64,000 bases of DNA from Nemertoderma westbladi (taxonomy: Eukaryota > Animalia > Xenacoelomorpha), in NCBI GenBank assembly GCA_032718475.1, contig JAUCBJ010006764.1, positions 14,288-78,287 on the forward strand, in the 5' to 3' direction. The notes beneath the pieces are model-generated. The model made no database searches. It saw only the letters and a list, made by a program, of their open reading frames with translations, and was not told the origin of the DNA. This document shows, in pieces, positions 38,474 through 50,185 of the stretch; within the stretch, counting starts at the first letter, position 1, and the number at the start of each line of letters is the position of its first letter. The position numbers and the translations under genes were made by a program.

Positions 38474-41400
38474 ATGAGTCAGTCGGGCGAGACAACACCG
38501 ACGCGGACCCCGGACGAAGAACAAACGATCCGCGAGGCCGCGACCAGGCGGTATAGGCCCACGACGCCGGAGCCATCGGTAACGGGTGACCCGGAAGTTC
38601 AAGATGAGGGGGACCGTCTGGAGTCAGAAGCCGAGTCGAGAGGAGGGGGAGTCGAGTCGGAGGATAGAGAGAACGAGCTCGAGGGAGAAAGAGACGAGTC
38701 GACACGGAACGAGGGTCGACGTGCCGATGTCGCGGGCCAGCCACAGGCCGAGAGCGACGAACGGCCCACCGAGACGGCGACGGTGGGGCCGACGGTACGA
38801 CGCCGGACCCGGAGAGATGACGGAGATGTCGATACCGATGTCGCCGGCCAGGCACAGGCCGAGGGCGACGGACGGCCCACCGGAACGGCGACGGTGGGGC
38901 CGCCGGTACGACGTCGAACCCGGAGAGACGGAGGAGAGGTCGGCGACGAGGACGTCGGGGTCTCCGATCAACTTCGACGGGCCTACAACGCGACCCGGAG
39001 ACTACTAGAGGAGGCCAGAAAGGGGAAAACGATAGACGAGGTAAAACTAAAGTCAGGACTAGGTAAGTCGGACAGACATTTATATTATCTAATGCGCTTC
39101 GGGCAGAGAGAATTGGCCGAGGAGAGAGCGACAAGGGTTGCCGAGGAACTGTATGACTCATGGCGGCAAGGGGGTATACAACCTAGTGTAGTGTACATAG
39201 GGCCATACTTAATCGATGCCCGGGGTATAAAATTAGTGGGTTGGAACAGACCTGAGGAGGGCGAATCCGAGGTTGACCCCGCGGATTCCGTCTCGTCGGT
39301 CGGAGGGAGTTCCGGGAGGAGGGGGAAAGTTAGTAGATCGGGAAGGCGGAGGGAGTCCGTCGTAACCGATAAGTCTGCTACATCCTCCGCGAAAGAAAGA
39401 CTGGTGAGAGAGATAGGTGCCGCGTACCGTCTCGACCTGATAGAGCAAGGTCAGAGGGAAATGGATAAACAGCTAGAGGAGGGGAGAATGCGGCTAGAGA
39501 GGGAAACGGCATTGATTAGAGAAACCGGAGAGAGGGCCGAAAGGGCTTTGAGAAGCCTTAGGGAATATGAGGAAATAGAGAGAAAAGAACAAGAGGAGCG
39601 TGTGGCGGAACGCAAGGAGCGTGAGGCGAGAAAGGAGGCGGAACGCAAGGAGCGTGAGGTGAGAGAGGAGGCGGAACGTAAGGAGCATGAGGCGAGAAAG
39701 GAGGCGGAACGCAAGGAGCGTGAGGCGAGAGAGGAGGCGGAACGTAAGGAGCATGAGGCGAGAGAGGAAAAGGAACGCAAGGAGCGTGGGGCAAGACGAC
39801 GGGAGGAAGTTAGGAGAGTGGCAGAGTTGGCCGAACAGAGCGAACGGGAGTGTAGGGAGAGAATGGCAAAGGAGGAGTGTGAACGAAAAGAATTAAAGAG
39901 ACACCAAAGTGAGCTTGCGGAACATAGGATTAGACGCACGCACGAGCTGCAACTGGTGCGGGCGGGGGCGTCTGAGAGCGGGACTGGCTCGAGTATTTTA
40001 GGGGAGCCAGGGGCCGTGGATACATTTATTAATACCCCACTTACAGGGACCGCACGACAGACCCAAAACTGGTGTGACCGTACGGGCGGGGGGGGGGGGG
40101 GGGGGGGGTAATAATGATAATGGTACAGTAGACGTGGTTAATATTAATAGTACCGTATGGGTAAATTCTAATCAAACCTTTATTTCAGGAAATACTTTGC
40201 CTAGTGATAGCAATTTAAATTTAAATCAGAACAATCCTAATATTAATGTAGAAAATAATTCTAATATTAATGTAGCTACACAAAATAATCCAAATAATCA
40301 AAATAATAACCCAAACTCGAACCTACAAAATAACTTAAGTAACGCAATTACACAAAATAATCCAAATAATTTAAATAATGATCCAAGCCCGAATTTACAA
40401 AATAATTCAAATAATTTAAATAATGATCCAAGCCCGAATTTACAAAATAATTCAAATGATTTTGTTTCAAACGAACAAATTAATTCCGTTTCCAATATGG
40501 GTGCTATTGACGTAAACACGTCGGGCGTGTATGGCCAGGCAGACGGAGGCCTGGCAGGCCGTATAATTGGTAGGCAAGAAGTGGCAGGGTTGGGTAGACC
40601 CAGTGAGGGCCTGGTAGGCCACGTAGTTGATAGGCAGGGAGTGGCTGGGTTAGGTAGACCCGGCGAGGGCCTGGTAGGCCACATAGTTGGTAGGCAGGGA
40701 GTAGAGGGCCTGGTAGGCCACGCAATAGCAGAGGGAGAGGCGGGGGTGAATAGACCCGACCGCGGTAGTGTTGATGTGTCGACTAGAGAGGGATATAGTA
40801 GAGGGGTGAGAGATAGCGAAGTTAGATGTGGCGAGTGGGGGGGGGGCTACAGGGGCCCCACAACAGCGAGTTAGCGGCGAAAGGGGGGGGGGCAGGGAGT
40901 GTCCCACAGCCGTCAGCGGATAATGCGCGGGCCAAAATAGGTAAACCGCAACACCCGGCGACGGAAAGCAATAGGGGGATTGCGAGTATCCCCAGCGGCG
41001 TGCGACCGAGCAGAGAGAGACAGGTTGACGTCGTGAGAGGGCGGACGAAGCGTCGAGCCCGATCAGAAGAGGGAAGAAGAACAGTGGGGTTTAACCGGGA
41101 GGTCGACGAGAGATCTCACGAGCGGGAATACTCCACTGAAAGGAGAAGAAGAGAAGACAGTAGTAGAAGTATCGCCGCGAACGATAGAAGAGCGAGGACG
41201 GATAGCGAGCCGTCGGTAGTCGAGATGAGAACGGAGAGTCAGTGGGGTCGGACTCCGGGAGATTGCCGTCGCCCCGGAGAGATGCGACCTGGTGAGGTGC
41301 ATTACGCGCCGATGGAGGGGTACGCGATGTACCGGTACGAAGACGAGAACAGTAGAGGGGGGGGGTCGAAGAGAAACTTTCCGACGGAATACACCTATCG

Positions 41401-42495
41401 ATCGAGAATACGGTAGCCGCGGGGAGGATTATTCGAGAAGAATAAACTTCGATCCCGAGCGACACATGCAGACTGTAGGACATACTGTAAGGCCTTACTG
41501 CACATACCATAGGCCATACTGAGAGAGGCAATGTAGGCGATAGGATAGCGTGGACAACGGGATTAAACCCGGAAGTCGCGGAATACATACCGGCGGGTAG
41601 GCCAGAAGCTGATAGGCCTATACCGGTACCAGTACAGCAGTATGACTACAGCATGCAGGGACATAACATATACCCAGGGGAGGGGGGAATTATTGCGGAT
41701 AGGTGTATGGGCCCCAACATATTAACATCAACCCCAGTACCAAACATACCGGTGGGGGGGGGACAGGGTGACATTCCCCCATCACAATATCAACAATATA
41801 CCCCGATAGGAGCAAGAACAACGAGACCCTTGGATGAGAACAGGTCGTGTGATACAGACATATGGAGGGGGCCGCTACCCCCGATGACATACCCAAGTCA
41901 GAGAAAGTCAAGAAATAGGACGGACGAACCGCACCAGACAGGAGAAACTATACAACATCCGTCGAACCCATTGGAAGCACAGGCGAAGGGGATGGCCACG
42001 TTGATCGATGCGTTGAAAACGAGGATCGAGTTACCACCCGTGGAACCATTCAAATTCGATGGGAGTAGGCCGGAAGAATATTTACAGTTTCGGCGCATGT
42101 ATAGTAACGAAATACTAACAAAAAACTTGACGCAGGCGGAGTGCCTAAAGTATCTGCAAGTATACACGGGAGGCCCAGCATACGATATCGTGAGGCAATA
42201 TCAAGGAATAGAGGGCGGCTTCACGACAGCATGGCGGGCACTGGATAGGGAATACGGGCACCCGGCCAAGATCATCAGCCAGACGCTGAGAGGCATAACA
42301 TCGGGTGGCCTACAGGATAATCCCGTTAGCATTAAGACGTTCGCTAACAAAGTCGAAAAGGCTCTAATCGTGCTGAAGACGCTAGACGCGCCATACGAGC
42401 TCAATGCGTCCAATAACATCACCAATGGCTGCGCAACAAGTGGAGGAAGATCGCTTTCTCCACTCGAGACAAGAAGGGTGCGGAACCGGGTTTAG
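38474..42495 (+). pseudogene. gag: BEL gag with a very long low-complexity N-terminal extension, split by frameshifts
   Basis: Consecutive overlapping ORFs 38474-40111, 40074-40874, 40826-41416, 41292-41522 and 41653-42495. Three of the shifts fall in G homopolymers. Gag core PPVEPFKFDGS..EYLQF...YLQVYTGGPA...LDREYG. Confidence 0.8.
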
Positions 42496-42500
42496 AAGAA

Positions 42501-45500
42501 ATGTCAAGCTTCTTAAACTACGAGACTGAACTAATAACTGACCCAGTCTATAGCGAAGATAGCCTGGGAAAGGGACCGAAGACGGATTACCATAGACCGA
42601 AACCAGAGCACAATACATCAGACGCATTACCGAGGCTCAGGCAATCATTGCCATATGCAGCGACGCAGGGGACTACGAGTCCACAGCTAGCCGAAGACAA
42701 GACCACACCATGGAACGGACAGGGGAACAATAACAACACGAATAAATATAACCCCAGTACGTCCAGTAGGCCGAATCCAAGCAATAAGAATAGTAGAGAC
42801 TTTGGTACAAACGCTGCTGCGATACGCAACGCGCTGTATAAGGAGGGCTACGACCCAAAGAGCAAATGCCAGCTACACGCAAATGCGCTTCATCAAACCA
42901 TGAACTGCAGGTACTGGCAGGCGTTACCTAGGCAAGATCAGATAGATTATGCGTTGAGCAATAAAATCTGCTCGCGGTGTGTGATGAGCGGACATAGCGC
43001 TAGGGAATGCAAGGAGAAGCCGGTAAAGTTCGGTCAAAGGAGAGGCCAAATGATGGCAACGAGCACAGTAGGGGCGAAGAAGAGAGGAACGGTGTTACTT
43101 GGGGTAGTACCCGTGCGAGTGATTGGGGAAGGCAATCGATCAGTAACAACACTAATGCTGGTTGACAGTGGAGCTGCCTTCACACTAGTCGAGGAATGGG
43201 TGGCCGAAGAGATAGGATTGAGAACGAGGCCAAGCAGAATGGCGGTAACAACCATCTCTAGCAAAGATGAGATCCTGGAGATGAGAACAGGACGGTGCGC
43301 AATTGCAGCAGTGGCACCGGGATGCGACTACGGGGCAACCATCGACCCCATCCAAGTGATAGAGTCAATTAATATCAATGCCAGGCGGCCAACCAACATC
43401 GAGGTCGAGCAGTATAAATTCCTGGACGACATTGACTTCTCAATCCCAGACGTGGATGTTAGGAAGGTATCCATCATAGTAGGAATGGACTGCCCAACGG
43501 CCCACGAGAGAATGCAAACGGTCTTCGGCGAAGACAAGCAGTGTGACCCGGTGGCGATATTAACACCATTCGGGTGGACGCTGAGTGGCCCAATCAAGAG
43601 CAAGATACCATTTAGGATGTCGGAGACATCAGGATGCATGTTCGCGGGAACAATGCAGGAAATGGGTGATGAGGGAGCAGAGGAGCAGCTTAAAAGACTG
43701 CTCAGACAAGATTTCGAGGGACTAAAAGAAACCGGGGTCGGGACCTCGGTAGAAGACAAGCAGGCTTTACAAAGTGTGGAGGAATCGATGACATGCGATG
43801 AGGGGCGGTATACAATAGGAATGGTATGGAAACTACCGAAGATACCGCTGCCCGATAATAGAGGGATGGTAGTCACGAGACTCCGCAAGCTGAAACAAAC
43901 ACTAAAACGGAGCCCCGAGAAGAATGAGTACATCCACAGAACGATTAAGAAGTACGTCGAGAAAGGATGGGCCGTGGAGTTACCGGTCGACGAACCGAAC
44001 ACGGACAGGACATATTACCTGCCACTCCACGTGGCTTTAGAACCAAAGAAAGGTAAACTACGGATGGTAGTCGATGCATCGGCAAAGACCGGCGGAAAAT
44101 GCCTAAACGACTATCTGTTAGAAGGCCCAAACATATATAACTCGGGCATAGAGGTCCTACTTAGATTTAGAAATGGGAAACACGCCTTCACGTGTGACAT
44201 AGAAGGCATGTTCAACCAAGTCCGTGTAACGGAGGAAGATAGCGACAGTCAACGCTTCTTATGGTATAACGGCGAGGAAGAACCGTCGATAATACCGGCA
44301 TATAAGATGGTAGTACAAAACATGGGGGCCAAGTCGTCTTCATTCACGACGACTATGGCAGTGAGAGACACAGTGAAAGGGAAGGAAGATAGATACAGCA
44401 GTAGGGCCGTCGATATGATTCGACGCGGCTTCTACGTAGACGACGGAATGGAGTCTGGAAATACGGTCAAGGAGATACTGGACACAGGGCGCGAGGTTCG
44501 CGACATCCTAAAAGGATCCGGCTTTAACCTGACCAAATTCCAATCCAGTTCGGAAGAATTTATCAAGGCGATAGAGGACAAGAGGCCAGAATCGACCATG
44601 GATAATCCCACAACAGCCAAAGGGCAGGACATGGCGATTAAGAGAACAGAATCTCAACAGAAGGCATTGGGAATCGTGTGGAACAGAGAGACAGACAAAC
44701 TGAAGTATCAGCTGAGCCAGGAGGGCGCAGACATCCACACGAAGAGGGGCTATGTATCGTATATAGCAAGGATATACGATCCCCTAGGCCTAGCATCCCC
44801 ATTATTAGTCACGGGGAAACAGATACTCAAGAGAGTATACAAATTGAAGGATGAGTGGGACGTAGAGGTACCAGAGGAAATCAAGAAACAGTGGAGTAAG
44901 TGGACAGGAGACTTGGAGAAGATGGGAACATACAACATGCCACGAGTGTATTTCCCGGATGGGAACATGACGAATCTGGACTTACACATGTTCTCCGACG
45001 CGTCATTGGAAGCGTACGGAGCGGCACTCTACTTAGTACAACGAGAGGGGGCTCATAAGCCCAGACTAGCCTTTAGCAAAGCAAAGTCAACGCCGCCAGA
45101 TTCAGCATCAGTTCCCAAGTTAGAATTGACAGCTGCGAGACTAGGAGTTAGAGCCACAGCCTACCTAGTGGATACTATTCCCAACATAGTGGAGACACAC
45201 TACTGGACGGACTCCATGGTAGTGCTTGGTTGGCTACACAACGAAAGGACGAGATACCCGATATTCGTCGCGAATAGAGTGGACGAAATAAGGGCGAGCA
45301 CAGAACTGGAAAGGTGGCACTACTGCCCAACGGACGAGAACCCAGCGGACTTGTTGTCGAGGGGTGTGGTACGCCACACTTTCTTGAAGAAGGAAGTATT
45401 GTGGCAACATGGGCCACAATTTCTGAGCGATAAGGAGGCCTGGCCGCCGATGAGAAAGGTGGACCCGGGCTCAGAAGTAGTGTCAGAGGGAGAAGAGGGA

Positions 45501-47072
45501 GATTCAGAGGGAGAAGAGATATACTCCCAGATGGTGAGGGAGATTAGGGACGTGCAACCAGGACGAGAACTGTGCGATAACCCGACGGATAAACTCCTCA
45601 GCTACAGTTCTAGTTGGTATAAGACCAAGAAACTAGTGGCGTACTGGAGAGCCTTCGGGAATTTCCTTGCGGGAGTTGGCAAGGACAAGAAGATCAGAAC
45701 AACCATAGATCTGGAAGGAGCGGCCAAGGCAGTGATCCGCTATGAACAACGGAAGAACTATGGCGACGAGGTGGAACGCGTCGGTAACCAACAGCACCTC
45801 CGACGGGACAGCGAGCTGATTACGCTGTCGCCACAACTTAATGACGACGGGATTCTAGTAATGAATTCTAGGGTGGGATACAACAACAGCATAGTCGTAC
45901 CACCGAAACCCATCATCATTCCCACAGGATCGCCAATAGTCCACCAGATTATCTGGGACTCCCACAAATCGATATTGCATGGGGGCACCAACCAAACCCT
46001 CACAGAGATAAGGAGGACCTATTGGGTCAAACAATTGAGGAAGAAGGTAAAAGCGGTAGTGGGGCAGTGCCAGACCTGCCGACGAGCGAAGAAGGAGCGA
46101 GCCGTACAGGAGATGGCGCCACTACCGGCGAGTAGGGTAAGACAGCACGACCCGCCATTTACGCATTGCGGTGTCGACATGTTCGGGCCGATAAAGATCA
46201 AAGTGATGCGACACACGGAGAAACGCTACGGCATCATCTTCGTATGCAACAACACACGGGCGGTAGGGATAGAACTCGCCCAAGATGCAACCGCATCAGC
46301 ATTCATTAATGCCTTAGAAAGGTTTAGAGACCGCAAAGGTGGGACGATCGCAGTGATATACAGCGACAACGGCACCAACTTTGTGGGCGCAGAGAGTGAG
46401 ATGGCAGAGGCCTTGGACATCTTGGAGGGAGAAGAAGTCAGGGCAGCCATGAGACGACGACAAGTAAAGTGGGAGAGAAGGACGCCGTATGCACCACATA
46501 CACTAGGATGCGTCGAGAGACTGGTGGGCAGTTCAAAGCGTCTAATGACGAAGCTAATGAACACCCACATGGTCACTGAGGACGTCTTACGGACAGTACT
46601 TGCGAAGTGCGAGGGGATCATTAATAGCAGACCGCTATATCCGGAGAATGATGACCCTGAGTCATTAGACGTGCTGACGCCTAGCCATTTCCTGATGGAA
46701 AGGCCAGCGACCATCGATATGCGGGGTGTAGACCCAGATGACATACACTCCCGCCAAAGTTGGAAAGTCGCTAAAGCAATAAGCGCAGAGTATTGGAGGA
46801 GGTGGGTCGAGGAATACCTACCCACACTCCATAAAAGAAGCAAGTGGAGGAAGCCAAATAGGGAGTTAAGAAAGGGAGATCTCGTAATCGTTACGGATGA
46901 TACTATCATCAACAACCAATGGCGGTTGGCGAGAGTCGTGGGCACTTACTCCGATGAGGACGGAAGAGTCCGATCGGTAGAAGTGCGGATAGGTGGTAAG
47001 ATAGGTGCGAAGGACAGAAAAACCTACAGGAGAGCTGTAGGGAAATGCTGTCTGCTAGAAGGAGCACCTTAG
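42501..47072 (+). CDS. pol: BEL/Pao gag C-terminus and pol (zinc knuckles, PR, RT, RNase H, integrase)
   Basis: 1523-aa intact ORF. Motifs CSRCVMSGHSAREC, LVDSGA, YYLPLH...KLRMVVDAS, FYVDD, YDPLG, FSDAS, PKLEL, NPADLLSRG, HGG...CQTC, GVDMFGP, SDNGTNF, CVERLV and WRRWVEEYL. Confidence 0.96.
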   Translation: MSSFLNYETELITDPVYSEDSLGKGPKTDYHRPKPEHNTSDALPRLRQSLPYAATQGTTSPQLAEDKTTPWNGQGNNNNTNKYNPSTSSRPNPSNKNSRDFGTNAAAIRNALYKEGYDPKSKCQLHANALHQTMNCRYWQALPRQDQIDYALSNKICSRCVMSGHSARECKEKPVKFGQRRGQMMATSTVGAKKRGTVLLGVVPVRVIGEGNRSVTTLMLVDSGAAFTLVEEWVAEEIGLRTRPSRMAVTTISSKDEILEMRTGRCAIAAVAPGCDYGATIDPIQVIESININARRPTNIEVEQYKFLDDIDFSIPDVDVRKVSIIVGMDCPTAHERMQTVFGEDKQCDPVAILTPFGWTLSGPIKSKIPFRMSETSGCMFAGTMQEMGDEGAEEQLKRLLRQDFEGLKETGVGTSVEDKQALQSVEESMTCDEGRYTIGMVWKLPKIPLPDNRGMVVTRLRKLKQTLKRSPEKNEYIHRTIKKYVEKGWAVELPVDEPNTDRTYYLPLHVALEPKKGKLRMVVDASAKTGGKCLNDYLLEGPNIYNSGIEVLLRFRNGKHAFTCDIEGMFNQVRVTEEDSDSQRFLWYNGEEEPSIIPAYKMVVQNMGAKSSSFTTTMAVRDTVKGKEDRYSSRAVDMIRRGFYVDDGMESGNTVKEILDTGREVRDILKGSGFNLTKFQSSSEEFIKAIEDKRPESTMDNPTTAKGQDMAIKRTESQQKALGIVWNRETDKLKYQLSQEGADIHTKRGYVSYIARIYDPLGLASPLLVTGKQILKRVYKLKDEWDVEVPEEIKKQWSKWTGDLEKMGTYNMPRVYFPDGNMTNLDLHMFSDASLEAYGAALYLVQREGAHKPRLAFSKAKSTPPDSASVPKLELTAARLGVRATAYLVDTIPNIVETHYWTDSMVVLGWLHNERTRYPIFVANRVDEIRASTELERWHYCPTDENPADLLSRGVVRHTFLKKEVLWQHGPQFLSDKEAWPPMRKVDPGSEVVSEGEEGDSEGEEIYSQMVREIRDVQPGRELCDNPTDKLLSYSSSWYKTKKLVAYWRAFGNFLAGVGKDKKIRTTIDLEGAAKAVIRYEQRKNYGDEVERVGNQQHLRRDSELITLSPQLNDDGILVMNSRVGYNNSIVVPPKPIIIPTGSPIVHQIIWDSHKSILHGGTNQTLTEIRRTYWVKQLRKKVKAVVGQCQTCRRAKKERAVQEMAPLPASRVRQHDPPFTHCGVDMFGPIKIKVMRHTEKRYGIIFVCNNTRAVGIELAQDATASAFINALERFRDRKGGTIAVIYSDNGTNFVGAESEMAEALDILEGEEVRAAMRRRQVKWERRTPYAPHTLGCVERLVGSSKRLMTKLMNTHMVTEDVLRTVLAKCEGIINSRPLYPENDDPESLDVLTPSHFLMERPATIDMRGVDPDDIHSRQSWKVAKAISAEYWRRWVEEYLPTLHKRSKWRKPNRELRKGDLVIVTDDTIINNQWRLARVVGTYSDEDGRVRSVEVRIGGKIGAKDRKTYRRAVGKCCLLEGAP

Positions 47073-47189
47073 TGGAGTTAGAAAAGAGTTTAGTCGTCCA
47101 AGATTTGGACTGAGGGGGGTGGGATTGAGGGCGAGACGCCCTTCCCACACAAAAAATAGAAAATAAAAATAAAAATAATAAGTACATAG

Positions 47190-47965
47190 TAGGTACGCAG
47201 TTAGTAGGCAGGAGTTAGTTAAGAGGTACGTAGTACCGATAGTTAGTTAGTTAGTTAGGAGGTACGTAGTACCGCTAGTCAGTTAGTTAGTTAGTTAGGA
47301 GGTACGTAGTACCGCTAGTCAGTTAGAGAGTTAGTTAGAGGGTACGTAGTACTGCTAGTCAGTTAGAGAGTTAGTTAGAGGGTACGTAGTACCGCTAGTT
47401 AGTTAGAGAGTTAGAGGGTACGTAAGTACCGCTAGTTAGTTAGAGTTAGAGGGTACATAGTACCGCTAGTTAGTTAGAGAGTTAGAGGGTACGTAAGTAC
47501 CGCTAGTTAGTTAGAGTTAGAGGGTACGTAGTACCGCTAGTTAGTTAGAGAGTTAGAGGGTACGTAAGTACCGTTAGTTAGAGGAGAGTTAGAGGGTACG
47601 TAGTACCGTTAGTTTGAGAAGAGTTAGAGTTAGAGGGTACGTAGTACCGTTAGTTAGAGAAGAGTTAGAGGGTACGTAGTACCGTTAGTTAGAGAAGAGT
47701 TAGGAGGTACGTAGTACCGTTAGTTAGAGAAGAGTTAGAGGGTACGTAGTACCGTTAGTTAGAGAAGAGTTAGGAGGTACGTAGTACCGTTAGTTAGAGA
47801 GTTAGAGGGTACGTAGTACCGTTAGGTAGATAGTTAGAGGGTACATAGTACCGTTAGGTAGAGAGTTAGAGGGTACGTAGTACCGTTAGTTAGAGAGAAA
47901 GTAAGAGTTAGAGGGTACGTAGTACCGTTAGTTAGAGAGAGAGTAAGAGGTAGAAGGGTATATAA
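47190..47965 (+). repeat. Array of 20 GGTAC-GTA-GTACC hairpins with TTAG/AG-rich spacers in the BEL post-pol region
   Basis: Copies counted from 47225 to 47914; period about 32-42 bp. Confidence 0.93.
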
Positions 47966-48402
47966 GATATAGATATTAGTTAGCAGTTAGTAGCGAGAGG
48001 GGGGCATATGAGTACAGTTGGATAGATCGTGTAGGCCGCGCGACATATACTGCTGTACTGCACAGGCCCACAGAGTAGGCCAGAATGTGGATTAGGAGAT
48101 AGAATAATCCATAGGCAGTAGCAAGTAATAGGAAACAGTGAGGTAGTAGGATTGAAATTAAATCAAAATAAAATTAGAATAAGAATAGGGCTAAGAAGGG
48201 GAACAAATTATGGTAACAGTGGTAAGAATAGGCAATAACTCAGAAATTCAGAAAGAGATAGGCCATCGAACTGAACTTAAACCACCTAAACCCATCACTC
48301 ATCACGTTTGTGCCTTGGCAAGGCACCACCTACGGGTGAGCAATCGGGCAGAGTTCGAGATGGCAAGCAAACTTGTGAGAGAGGAGAGAAGCAGAGGAGA
48401 GG

Positions 48403-49325
48403 CCAGGTTGGAATTCATGCATGAGCGCGCAGGTACGCTTTGTTGTTTTGAAATCACCGCGCACCTGAAATTGGCTCGTCGCGCACCTCATCATATGTCA
48501 TAATCCAAACAAAATCGCGCAGCTCATGTCATGCATATCTCAAAAAATCGCACAGTTCATAAGAACAATTTTACATTCCTATTTTACAAGTTTGAGCGTT
48601 TTAAGCTTATCTTTACGTCTGTCTGTCTGTACGTTGAATCTAGGCTTACATAATAAATGTAATTTTTGCAACATCAAAATTGTTAATATTAAAAAAAAAT
48701 TTTTTAATCCACTACTATGGTGGCCCATCGGGCTCACTGCTTTTATAACAGAAAATATTATTTTAGATTACAAACAAAACATGTACCGGTAATTTCAAAA
48801 AACGAATATTGAAATAGGTACCAGTCTGCCAATAATACTTTGTATAGGCCTACCTAACAATTAGGCTTAAACATACAGTTGGCTTATAATTAAGTCATAC
48901 TTATAATACTGTAATACATTGTTACTTTCTGACTTTACCTGTTTACTACAGTACTAACGTAACATCGGCATAGCATAGACCTAATAACAATACAACAATA
49001 GAGTAGGCCTACTGTAGTTAAAATAAATAGACAAATTCAGCTCCGGTTGCCGGTATTACAGTATTATGGTGAAGTGATTTGACTGTTTGAAGAATTGGAA
49101 ATGAGAAACTAATGCGAGCGAAGCGAGCGAAATTTTTTTGTGTATTTTCGTGATTTCAATTAATTTGTGGTGCGCATCAGAGGCAGAGCTGCGCGCTGAG
49201 GCGCAACGCGCACCTGTCTCACACCCGAACGCGCACCTGTCTCACCCAAACGCGCAACGCGCATCTGGTTTGCGGTCATTCGCGCAGGTACGCGTCCGAG
49301 TTTTGCAGCATGAATTCCAACCTGG
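48403..49325. mobile_element. 923-bp non-autonomous DNA transposon (hAT-like) nested in the BEL element
   Basis: Perfect 18-bp TIR CCAGGTTGGAATTCATGC. 8-bp TSD AGGAGAGG at 48395-48402 and 49326-49333. Subterminal GCGCACCTG repeats. Confidence 0.88.
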
Positions 49326-49333
49326 AGGAGAGG

Positions 49334-50185
49334 GAGGAGGATGCTAGGGCGCAGAGCTACGGCTTCGAGGAATAAGCAGCCTTAGACGAACTTCGTTGGG
49401 CTTCGTCAGGGAGTTCGGGGGAGTCTCTAGGGAAAGAACTGGGGTGGACGGTGGGATCACCGAAACAGTCGACGTCGGGATTGCAAGCGATGCCCATACC
49501 AGCGGGCGCCGAGGGCGAACAACCGCAAAGGAAGTTAAGGGAGCTAGAGGGATGGAGAGCTACGGGCGAGAGCCAAGGCGGGAAGGGACATAGTGGGTCC
49601 ACCGGGATACCGGGGTTGGGACCACTGCGAGAGGAGGACGAGGACGACGACGAGTTCGGAGAGATGCCGCCCATCGAGAGGATAGGCCACTCGGACACGG
49701 ACTGGGTTGGCGGGAGGGTGGTGACGGCCAGTGGGGCGAGAGCCTTCTGGGACAAACCCGGCAAGCGGGCCTGGGTGCACGAGGAGCCGGCGATGGATTT
49801 CGCGGGGAGCACTATCAGGTTGGGCGAGCGACCGGGGACGGCACCACGGGTAGTATTCGGAGAGACGATGCCCGGGAGGGGCGAGGAGATCGACGTAGAC
49901 AGGGACGCTAACGTCCAGAAGTTCGCCTATCAGCGACTCCACAGACCGCGGAGATCGCTTGGGATGAAAGACGACGTGGGGCGGGAGACATTGGTACTCG
50001 GTTGCGGCTACTGTGGGAGACAGACCCACCAGGAAAGGAGCTGCTTGTACCGGTTCCAGAAAGGGACCAGCTGTCTCTACTGCCACGAGACGAGCCACAG
50101 GATGGGAGCGTGTCCACGGTTGCAGAACCGATGTCCGAAGTGCAACTTTCGGGGACACCACGGATGCCAAGGAGGGATGGACTGA
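49334..50185 (+). pseudogene. Accessory ORF in the env position of the BEL element, with C-terminal CCHC zinc knuckles
   Basis: Knuckles CGYCGRQTHQERSC and CLYCHETSHRMGAC, plus CPKCNFRGHHGC. The frame is open from 49376 (one TAA at 49373). It probably began at ATG 48360, before the MITE insertion. Confidence 0.7.

Noticed and set aside
40085-41370. Programmed frameshifting at the gag frame changes
   Set aside because: The shifts coincide with long G homopolymers (about 40088, 40837 and 41356), so sequencing error or slippage is more likely.
38439-47187. Many antisense and alternative-frame ORFs over the BEL element
   Set aside because: They are shadows of a GC/purine-rich coding strand and have no motifs of their own.
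47240-47780. Telomeric TTAGG repeats
   Set aside because: TTAGG occurs only sporadically within TTAG-rich spacers; there is no tandem telomeric tract.
47190-47965. CRISPR-like appearance (palindromic repeat plus variable spacers)
   Set aside because: Spacers are low-complexity variants of one another, there are no cas genes, and the array lies inside a eukaryotic retrotransposon.
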